This document shows positions 42,031-52,560 of a stretch of 64,000 nt of DNA, one piece after another. A program made the translations under genes and the position numbers. The notes beneath the pieces were generated by a model, which saw nothing but the letters and a program-made list of their open reading frames with translations, did no database searches and was not told the origin of the DNA. Position 1 is the first letter of the stretch. Each line of letters opens with the position of its first letter. Location of the stretch: the NCBI GenBank assembly GCA_028534125.1, contig JAPYYK010000093.1:558001-622000 (forward strand), read 5' to 3'. The DNA is from Lama glama (lineage: Eukaryota).

Positions 42031-42229
42031 CACGGCCCAGCTCGCAGTGATTGATGATGTGGTTAAAATTACTTTCTTTACAAATGTTTCCTCTCTGTCC
42101 TTTCCCTCCCACCCTCTTCCTCTTGTCAGGCCTCTTGTCTGACCCTGAAGCAGATCCTTCCTCCCCATTTTCATCACTCCCCGTCTTCTTGCTAACAAAA
42201 CCCAAGCCTGCAAGAATCTCTCCCACCTC

Positions 42230-42650
42230 AAACCCCAAGGTGACCCCATCCTTAGCTCAAGGGTAAATCCTGATTAGCCCAAGCCAATCACAGTGCATCC
42301 TCTTGACTGCTGGTGATTGGTTTAGAGTGGACACATGACCCAGTGCTGGCCAATGAAGTGTCAGGGGGAAGTTGACTAGGTGTTTCTGGGTGAGGCTTCC
42401 TAGCTTTAAGAGGAACCCAAAGGAAACAGCTCCTCTTTTATTCCTAATGTCTGGTATATGTGATGCCTGGAGCTGTGGCAGCCATCTTGTTGCCATGAGG
42501 GAAGACAACCAAACACAGACAACCACACCAAAAGTAAGGCCAGCCAGACAATGTGCAAGTGAGGACTTAGTCCTCAATGACAGCCTATACATATCCACCT
42601 CTGGGCTCCCTGTTGGACGGTCTAGCATGATGAAAAAATCATCAGGCCAG
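42230..42650 (+). mobile_element. Ancient MaLR LTR (MLT1J/K/L-like)
   Basis: aagccaatcacagtg, gattggtttagagtggacacatgacccagtgctggccaatga, ggagctgtggcagccatcttg. Confidence 0.7.
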
Positions 42651-44909
42651 GGTTGCCAAGGTATACACAGAAGCAACCTCTTTTCCTTGTACTCAGGTAT
42701 ACTCTTTGACTCAGATTTTGAGAGTTAGCATTCAGATCAATGCCTTCTTCTAGAAGGCCCCTAAAAACTGGGCATAGAGCTTGGGAGGAGGCATAGGGTG
42801 GTAGGAGAGGCCCACACAGGGTAGGGAGCCAGAGGAAAGCACTGGTCTGGAAGGCTCCTTAGCCCAGTACTCAGGCTCAGTAGGCAAGCCTGGTAGAGAG
42901 ACACAGCCAGAAGGTGGAGAGGCCAGAGGTCCTACTAGGACCTACAAGTGGCTTGGCCTGACTGGAGGCTAGTCACACAGAGATAGTGGCCAGAGACCAG
43001 AATCAGCTCAGGCAGGCCCTTGAATACTAGGTGAGAAGTGGGGCTCTGCCCATGGCAGGCTTCTGGGGTGCAAGGTCATAGCTAACCCTCAATGGGAGAC
43101 ACTGCAGCAGGCCTGGCAGGTCCAGGAAAGGCAGGAAAAACTCTGGGTTCTCACCACGCCCACCCCAGCCTCAGCTCACAGGGAGAAAGGAGGAACGTCC
43201 GCCTGTGAGAGCCCTCAACACAGAGGCCTGTTCCACCAGCTCATTTCTCCTTTCTAATAAATGAAGTTGGGGGCAGGGCTGAGGTGGGTTGTTTTGTTGT
43301 TTGTTAGAACTGGTGGCAGCACCAGGCCTGACCTTTAAGGCTTCAAATGCAGCATTTCAGGCGGCACCAGCAGGAGGAGAACATGGACTGCGGAGGGAAA
43401 TTATCAGGGATAAAATGCCACGTCAGGCTGGAAACTCATAGCAGAGCAGGGGCCTCTTCTCATCTCAGGAACACTCGGGCCCATTCATGCCCACCTGGAG
43501 ACAAAGCTGTCCTTTCCAGTGGCACCCTGAAAGCCTCGCTGACTCTAAAACGGCACAAGGGCATCGAGGTCTGCCGCAGGAAAACACCAGGAGCGGGGGT
43601 GCTGCACCACAGGTACCTTGTTCTGCGGGGTTTGCCAAAGGAGGCCTCAAATTGCTCCACATCTCATGTCAATAATGTTTTTATTTCAGAGAAGCAGCTA
43701 TACATCACAGAGCAAGGACTGTTGAATGGGGAGCACCCTTCAAGCAGCCTGTATTGAGCACTTGGGGGAGACTGGGCCCTAACTGCAGAGTACGTGTAGC
43801 CGGCATAAATGTGGGGCCCCAAGGCTCCTTTCTGCCACTCAGACATCAATTTCCCTGTCTGTACGATGGACGTATCTGGGTCCCCAGAGGCTTGTATGAC
43901 TGGGATATGTCCTTTCCAAATCAAGGACCCAGGCACGGCCCATTATTGCCCAAGGGGATGGTCGCACCCAGGCTTCCTGACCCTACAGGGACTTTCACTG
44001 GCCCTCTATGCACCCAAGCCCTTCACAGACACTTCTGCTGTTTGCAGAAGCCCCCTCCCAAGAAGCCATGGATGCTTGGCCATCCCAGCACTGACAACAC
44101 ATCGGTCCTGAGAATGCCAGGAAAGCAAGACTTACAGTTCTCTCGGACATCAGAACCCATAAGATCAGGGCCCATACAGCCCAAGGGCCAGCACCCAGCA
44201 CAGGGCACCGAGACAGCCTTGTTCATGAGGACCCAGTAGGCAAAAATTCATCCTTGAAAGGAAAAGCTTTGCTGGAGGTGTCCCAGAGGAACATGCAGGC
44301 ATCATCGTGCCGAAGCTTTTGTACCCAAATCATGCCTGCAGCTGACTGCACAAATGTCTTGCTAGGAGCAAGAACCCCAAACCTACAGCAGGTGCTTCAA
44401 ATTTTGTCAGTCTCCTTCCTTCAGTGTGCAAGTGAGAAGCAACACTCCAAGAGGGAAAAATGCCAGGCCAAGGTCACACAGCAAGGGTTTCAACTCTGCC
44501 TAAGCCCCGACCTCTCCGCCACCTTCCGGGATTATCCACATGGGAAGGGTTGTTTGCAAAGATGCTTCATTTCACAAAGGACTTACCAAGCTTTTCTGGG
44601 TCCCAAGTCCTCCAGTGCATCTAAATACCATTCGATTTGCAAAAATTTAAATTACAAGGACTAAGCCTTTGTGTGTTTCCTTTGCAGACTGTCATCAAGC
44701 CAGTTGGTAGATGATCAAATTTCCCAGCTCAGCCTTAACTCAGGCTGTTCCTAACATAAAAGTTTGCAAAACACTGGTCCTAACAACCAGACGGCTTTAT
44801 TTCCCACTGCCAGCATTTGCCCAGACGAGCCCTGGCATTAACCTCAAAGGCAGGTGCAGAAGGTGGGCACAGGGAGCGCATTCTGGGTGCAGAGATAAAC
44901 CAAGAATAT

Positions 44910-45202
44910 TCCCATGCACACATATGCACACACCCACTTTTGCATTCATATGCACAGACAGCAACACCTGTGTATACGTACTGAGCATGCATGCACACAC
45001 AACCTGCATATATACCAGCAAACAACATGCAAGCATACATGGGCATACATACTCACACACACCCACACAAGCACACGTCTTTGTATACAAATGAACACTC
45101 ACACAAGCACGCACTCATGAACATACCCAACACATGTACACAAACACATGAAAGAGCACAAACATATGGACACTTCCACACACAAGCTGACATGTGCATA
45201 CA
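44910..45202 (+). repeat. Degenerate CA/TG-rich low-complexity tract
   Basis: Alternating purine-pyrimidine cacacat/gcacac runs. Confidence 0.8.
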
Positions 45203-45429
45203 GGCCAAGGGTGAAGCACAGGAAGGAAGACCCAGAAACCACAATCAAGTTTCAGGTGCCTGTAGGGCCTGGCTGGGCAGTAGGTGGTATGGGTGATGGG
45301 ACAAGTGCCTGGCATGCAGTGTACAGGCCCAGCTGGAATGAAAACCCTCATAGATCCAGTCAGGATCCACGTGTCCTTGTCATGCATTCCCTGGGGCTAG
45401 GCCCATATCTCAAGACGTTTCACACCCTA

Positions 45430-45535
45430 ATCCAATGAGGCAGCACCATCACGGGAACCCTGTTTTACAGATGAGGTCCCAAGACCCAGAGAGGCGAAGG
45501 AAGTTCCCAAGGCCACACAGCTGGTGAGAGGTGTG
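45430..45535 (-). mobile_element. MIR fragment
   Basis: gttttacagatgagg...cccaaggccacacagctggt. Confidence 0.6.
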
Positions 45536-48500
45536 GCAGAGTCTCAGTATGTGTCAAGAAGGGACTCATTCCGAAAGATTCGGCTAGCAGGGAAGGAAGT
45601 CATCAAGGTAGGAACCAGGGGGACAGGGAAAAGAAGCAGAAGGGACGACTTCTCTCCATTCTCACCTACTCCTTTCCCCTTTGTTTAATGAGTCATTTCC
45701 AAGGCAGGGAGAAATGGTTAATAATCAGCAGGAAAGTCTTCCTGTGCCCCTCCCTCTCTGCTAAACAATTAGGCTGATCAGAGCTCAAAGTGGGTCAGTC
45801 TGAGAAGCAGCTTCGAGACACCCAAGGTGCGGCCAGAGGCCAGTACCAGAGGTGCAGACTCCTCACACTGGGGGAGATGGGGCCCAGCTGGGCTGGGGTC
45901 AGGCCTCCCCCTGCGGCTAAAGCAGAGTGTGGAGAGGAGCAGGAAGACCTTGGTTCTGTCTTCTTAGGGGACTATAATGTCAGAGTCAGAAGGGCCACAC
46001 TAGAGAGGAAACTGAGGCCCAGGGGGAAGAGAGGCTTGTCCAAAGTCACCACCATGAGAGGACTGGGTTGGGACTGCCTTTGACAGAGGACCCTAGGGCC
46101 AGGACAACCCAAGGTGAGGATGCTCAGGTTCCCATGTGAAGATTTCCCCCCATGTAATACCAACTAGACAGTGTTTCCTGCTCTGTAAGGCCAGATCCCC
46201 CACAGACTCAATCACCAGCATCAGTGGTGGTCAGGGGCCCAGCAGGCTGGACTAGCCCCAGAAGGAGGGGGCCCAGGTGAGGTGGTCCATGAGCAGGACC
46301 AGGGCTGGGGATACCAAACCAATGGCCTGTGTCCCACGGTGGCAGGGCAGGGCTTGACTGAACACTGCCCCAGGTCCTGCTTGCAGAAGGTCAGGGTTAG
46401 ACTATGTGGACCTAAATGACAGCATCCTTGAGCCCCTTGCAAGCCCCCCAGGGACATCTCAATCCCCATGGTCACCTGCACCACCAACTCCCCCCTCTTA
46501 GCCACAGGCAGCTCAAGAGGCTCTTTGGGTTACACAGGACAAGAGAGAAAGGGAAAGGAAAAAAACCCCAAAAAACACACATACACCTCCCTCTGGGAAT
46601 ACGAATATTGATTCTGTAGCTTCTTGTTTAGACAGTAGGCACAAAAAAAAAAAAAAAACCAACCTGACACAAAGAGAAGCGCCCCAGTTGGCTGGAGGGA
46701 TGAAGCCAGCAGTGGGAAAACCCACCACCCTCACCTTTAGAGCATCCTCAGCCCTGGTCTCCCTCCCCAGGCCTGAGACCCTGAGCCCTCACTTAAAGAC
46801 ACAGGTCACTAGTTTCCAAGGCAGATCTCAAATCTGGACGCCCACGAGGATGGAACTGGAAGGAAAGAGCCCACCCCCCACCCACAGACAGCACTACCCT
46901 CCAGGGTGCATGCCACATGCCTGCCTTCTTTGACACCCAAACCTCCAGCTGCCCATTGAATGGTTTCCTAGAAAGAAGAACCCTGGTTCCCTAGCAACCC
47001 AGGCCCCACCTGTCCACAAAGCATGACAACCCAAGCATCTATAAGGTCCGAGTCCTCTGAAGTCCCCTCAGGCCTGAAACAACTGCTGCAGGACTAGAGG
47101 ACTCAACCTCAGGTTTCCATTAACCAGCCCCATCCCACGACCTTTCTCTCTGGAATCATACTGGAATCTGCAGGGGGCATGGCACCTCAGAATCTCGAGA
47201 TGAAGTCCCTCTTTGCCCACGCCTCCATGCCAGGCAGGCCTGGCCCAGGACTTGAAGCCTCAGAGAAGAGAAAATCCTGGGCTGGGTGCTCCATGATCTC
47301 CTGTGTACATGTGAGAGAGGGTGGAGGTGGGAACAGGGGCCATGAGCATGAAGCACCGGGCTGGCAGGGCAGCCGCGGACCAAGGAAGGCCCCCTTAGGG
47401 AGACCCAGAAAAAAAGACAGAGGGACAGAGTAGGAAAGGTTATAGCTGGAAGCCTAGGTGTAACTCACATGTCTTAGGCCTCTTCATTTTCTTCCAGAGA
47501 CCCAGGTTTTGGGTCCCCACCTCCAACTTCCAGGGCCCACTGCCCAAATGTGCCCAGCCCCTGTCAGGACAGCTAAGTGTCTGACAGATTAGTCCTCTCC
47601 CTGCCCTTCCCCTAGCAGTTGTGGGGCTTTGGGAAGGTCCCTTCATATTTCTGAGTCTCAGTCTCCTCATCTGTGGGATGGGCATGACCACAGATCCTGA
47701 GGTTAAGGCAGTAATGTGGTTAAGGGGCCTGTCCTGAGCTCAGTGAGGGGAGGCCATTAGCCTGGTGACAACCCCCACCACAGTCAAGTTGGGCTGCAGG
47801 GAATGAAGGAGGGAGGTGGCTCAGTGCCTGTCCTCACAGAGTTGGTACTCCATGTGGATGGATATGGCCTGAGCTAGTGGCACAACCCAGAGAAGTCCAG
47901 AAGGTGTGGATAAGAGACCCTGAAGGAAGGATCTAACCTCCTGAGAAAAGCATGCAGTGATGAGGGGACTGCATAAGTGGAGCAGAGAGATAGGAAGGCA
48001 CTCTGCCCATGGGAGCAGTATGAAAAGATTGGTGGGTGGGGGCTCATCAGGCTGTAGCATCAGGGTCTGATGTTAATGTTATCAATAGTTGCTATGGTTC
48101 CCACCCACAGAACCCTCCATGCCCACCAGAGGCTAACACCCTCTTCCATTAATTCTCACCAACAACCTCCAAAGCAGCTTCTACTATCTTAGTTGGGGAA
48201 ACAGAGGCAAGGTCATTCCAATGGAGAGGGTCAGCTCTGGAGACCAAAGCTTGAGCCTGCAGGGTCTACACCCGACACCCATCATGTCCACAGATTACCT
48301 CCTCCTGGGAGTTGGCAGGGTCCACCCTACACAGGCAGAGGGGAAAAGGAGGCACTGAGGGCAGAAGTGCTCACTCCATCTGTGAGTCAGACTCTCCTTG
48401 GAGACACTAGTGTGACTGAGAATCCAGAGGGAGATTCACCCGCACACTATGAGGGGGCTCGTCTTCAAATGTCATACTCCCTTCTCAAGGCCTAGCCTGA

Positions 48501-51500
48501 CAGAGTTGGACCAATAAAGGTGTGTCCTGGCAGGGACAGCAGCCAAGGGTCCCCCTCTTCAGACGTCAACACTAGGAGGGATGTCAGCCAGTGGCAGAGG
48601 GCTGTGAAGCCTCGACCCCTCCTCCCTCCTGCAAAAGCTGCTGGCAGGTTGTTGGGTAGATGGGGGACCCAGATGTGTGATGTTGCCTCCCTCTAATAGT
48701 GAAGATGTGGGCTCAGAGGCCCAGACAGACAACACGTCACCCACCATTAACCGTAGCTAGACTGACGCATGCCCTGTCGTGGGCACTCAGGAAAATGAGC
48801 ATGTACTCTGGCTGTCATTAATCTGCTGGGGGGCCCAGACCGCTCAGGCTCCTTTCTGCTCCCTACTCACCCACCCACTCCCAGAGGAAGGGAGGTGCTG
48901 GCCAGTACCGTTACTGGGGCAGAGTGGAGCTAAGAGAATGCAGCCAGCTGGGCGGCTCAGCCAGGACCCTGGGGAGCAGGGGACAGAGAAACCCAGGGAT
49001 GCCAGCGAACAGGGGACAGAGGTCCAATAGAGATGAAAAAAGAGGTGAGCAGGGCACAGTGGGCACAGAGAGATGAGAGGGATAGGCAAGGAAGTGGGGG
49101 GAGGTGGGAGAAAAGATGAGAGACTGAAGGAGGAGGCAGGGGACAAGGGAGAAGATGGACAGGATTGGGAAAGGAAAAGACACAAGGAGAGGCAAAACAG
49201 CGACGGCTGCCCCTCAGCCAGCAGCAAACAGGAAACAGGAGGAAGCAGGTAAGAAGGAGAATGTGTGCTCCGACTCCCATTTCCCCCATCTCACCTGACA
49301 CACGCATGCACACACATGTGCTGACGCACACATGGCCTCCTTGTTTGAAGACCAGATCTGGGCCCAGGTGGGGTGAGAGATCCAGCCCCTAAACCAAAGC
49401 CCTGTCCTTTCAGTGGTAACTCCCCTGCCCTCCCCCATCCAGCAGCAGCCTTGGTCTGCTTTGCCTGGTGGGCAGAAAGCCACGCTGCCAGAGCGATTAC
49501 AGAAATAACAGCCACCGGACCCCAAACCCACACTCGCTTAAAAAGCAGCAGCTTGCAAAGCTGGGCCTTGTCACACTGCCAGACGCTAATGAGGAAATGA
49601 CTTTCCTGTCAAGGGCCCTCTCCATTGAGGGGTCATCACCCTAGTACTGTGAGCTGAGGGTCCCAGTTCTCAGTTCAGAAAGCCACCTGTATCAAAGTCC
49701 CATCCTAGCCCGGCCACGCTAACCCAGGAGAATTTAGGAAGGCCACCAGCCTCTGAGCAGCCCCAGGGCAGCAGCCTGAGCCTTTCATGTCAGCTCAACA
49801 AAAGTCTCAACTCGAACTAGGCATGGCCATGCCGGGGGGGAGGGGTTGGGAGGGACCCTCACTCAATTCCCTCCCCTTCCTCTCTCCAAGGATCAGTGGG
49901 CATTGGTATCTGCAGGACCAGGGCAGCTGAAGGGCGCTGGCTGTCACCGCCAGCCCTGCGTGCCGTCGCACCATTAGTCACCTCCCCCTGGACTCCCCTC
50001 AGAGCTGCACAGCCCTCACCTCACCCCCACTCTCATTCCCTAATTACAAATTGCACGACATGTCCCAAATCCTCAAATTAGCTCCAACTATATTGACAAG
50101 AGAAGAGCGTCCAGCTGAAAATGTGCTGCTACCATCACACCTGCCTCAGCAGGTCTTCTGGCTGGGGACAGAGGGACAGGTGTCCACTCTGGTCAGGGTC
50201 TCACAAATGCACAATGCAGGCCCAGCAGCCACCTGATCCACTGCAGGTTGCAAGGAGAAGGAGTGAGGTGGGAAGAGGTGAAAAGAAACATCTACTGAAA
50301 CCTTCACTCAAGGAGCTACCAAATGGCTAGGGGGAAAAAGACTGTTTCTTGGCTTTGAGGAAAAAAGAACAACAACAACAAAATAATGCTTTTGCTCTTT
50401 TTAAACATCATGACTTCAGTCCACTTTCATCACAGCAAATGAAAGACAATAATGCACCCACAAGCCCTAAACTTCCATATGATTCTATTCTCCCTGCACA
50501 CACCCCACATAGACACATGAAAAATCCAGACGGTTGACAGAGGACACGTCCGTGTGGCACCTGTAATTTGCCTACTGATCACCCGCCTGAGCACAGCCAG
50601 GCTGTTTGAGGCGAGAGATGATGAGACGGAGAGAGACTCAGGCAGTGAGAGTTTGTTTTTCCCTCATCTGGGAGAACCTACAAGCTGGAGTTGGCAGGTT
50701 TTAAGGCAGAACCAGGGGCTCCTACCCTTGGGCGTAACTGGTCTAATGACGCAGAGCCAGCCTTTCCCCTTTCCAAAAGCCAGACCCTTCCCCTTGACCA
50801 CTAGCAGCCAAACTACTCATTTCCCAAAACCCCAGTACGGCCACTGGTGCAGGAGTATAAAGACAGGTGGCTCCTCAGACCCGGAGACAGATAACAGACA
50901 GCAAGGTGGTCACGGTGCCCCAAAGCCAAAGGATGTCTGGGCACTGACATAAGGCTGGGTCATGGTGCCCATAGAAACAGCTGCTGTCCTAAAGGCCACA
51001 GGCACCTTCCCAGCTACCTTCCCAGCCCCAGACACATCTGGCCAAGCTCAATTGGAGGAGGATTCCTGAGTTTTGGGGCTCTTGGGGAGGGAGAGAAAGC
51101 TCAGAAGGACCACAGAGAACCAGCAGAAGCTGGCAGGGCCGGGAGATGCCCTTGTTGGCATCAGCAGCAACAGGGGCAGGCAGGGGTCCTCTCTGCCATT
51201 CACCCCCACTCCGGCACCTTCACCTCCCAATTGTGCTTTCCAGGGGACCCTTCCTCCAGGTGTGGTGGGGGCGGGGCAAGAACAGGGGACACTGACCCCC
51301 TCTGTGGCACTGGCCAAACAGGAAGGTGCTCGCATCCTCTGCAACCAGCCCTCCCCCTCAAAGGAAAAGGACAGTGAAGACAGGTGTGGAGGTGCCCCCC
51401 ACCTCTAGCTCTAAAACGCCAGCTTGTTACCCAGGAGGAACTACAGGGCAGACGCGGAGCCGCCCCTTCACCCAACCCCAAGTTCCCCTCTCATCTGGAC

Positions 51501-51599
51501 AGTGGCAAGGGAATCAGCCGGCAAGCTCGGACCCCCACTCCAACAGGAGGCTTGGAGATCTTGCTCTGCCCAGTTTGGGGGGTGGGGGGAGAAGGGGCA

Positions 51600-52560
51600 C
51601 CTCGGGGAAGTTTCGCGACGCAGCCAGAAGCTGCGGGACCCCGGCTGCCCGCCCTCTGGGCTTGGGGCCGCTGCCCCCGGGCGCAGAGGGCAGCGAGACC
51701 CAGCGCCGCCGCTCCGACGCGGGGCTCTGAGAGGGACCGGCGCGGGCGGGGGGCGGAGGGGGGCGCTGAGCTCGGCCAGGGTCCCGCGGCCGGCAGAGGC
51801 CACTTACGTGTGCTGCTGAGGGAAGCTGTAGGCAGAGGCGCCGGGGGCGGCGAGCAGCGGTAGCAGCAGCAGCGGCGGCAGTAGCAGCGACAGCGGGCGC
51901 GGGGGCCGGGCCACCGGGCGCCCGGCGCCGGGACCAGGTCGAGGGCCGCGGCCGTGCCAGGGGAACGCGGTCCGAGCCGGGCCGGGCCGAGAGGCGCCGC
52001 AGGTCCGAGCCGGCACCGCCATGTTTCCATTCAAGATGCGGCGCCGCGGGGAGGGGGGGGGCGGCGGCGGAGGGGGAGGCGGCGGCGGGTGGGGGGGCGC
52101 GGGCGGGTGGCAGTCGGCCTCTCCTCCTCCTCTGCCTTCTTCGCGCGTGGCCTCCGGGGCTGCCCGAACCGCAGCGCCTCTGCGGGCTGCGCGCCGAGAT
52201 CTCTCCGCCGCGCTAGCTCGAAGCGCTCTGAGCGCCCGGTCCCGGACCAGCGCTCAAATAGCGGCCGCCGCCAACCTGCCGGCGCCGCCCTCCCCCACCC
52301 CTTTCCCCGGCCGGCCCGCCCCCGCGCGCCCCCGCCGCGGCTACGCGCCCGACCGTGCCTGCGCGCCCGTCGTCCGCGCGCCGCCCCTAGCCTGCCCTGC
52401 TGGCCCGCGTGGTCGAGCCGAGCCCGGGTGCGCGCGTCCTGCACCTCAGCCGCGGTCAGAGTTCCCAATGTGCGCCTTACCCCACGCCTCAGACCGCGAC
52501 GCGCCTCTCCGCCGCACCGCGGGAAGGGTCCCTGGCCCCGAGGCCCAGGGCAATCACATG
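51600..52560. promoter_or_regulatory. CACNA2D2: CpG island / TATA-less promoter and 5' UTR of CACNA2D2
   Basis: Very high GC and CpG density against a CpG-depleted background; several CCGCCC GC boxes at ~52285-52390; spans exon 1. TSS cannot be fixed from sequence. Confidence 0.9.
51808..52022 (-). CDS. CACNA2D2: CACNA2D2 coding exon 1: long signal peptide and mature N-terminus of alpha2delta-2
   Basis: Translates [71 protein letters not shown](T), recognisable as the alpha2delta-2 N-terminus. ATG in strong Kozak context (aacATGG). Ends at canonical donor CAC|GTAAGT (plus-strand acttac 51802-51807). 215 nt, phase 2. Confidence 0.97.

Larger units (their letters stand above)
25831..51807 (-). 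other. CACNA2D2: CACNA2D2 intron 1 (25,977 bp, GT-AG)
   Basis: Bounded by the exon 1 donor and exon 2 acceptor. Confidence 0.93.

Noticed and set aside
52023-52034. N-terminal extension MNGN suggested by the ORF track
   Set aside because: Depends on a TTG start; the true AUG at 52022 has a strong context and matches the known protein start
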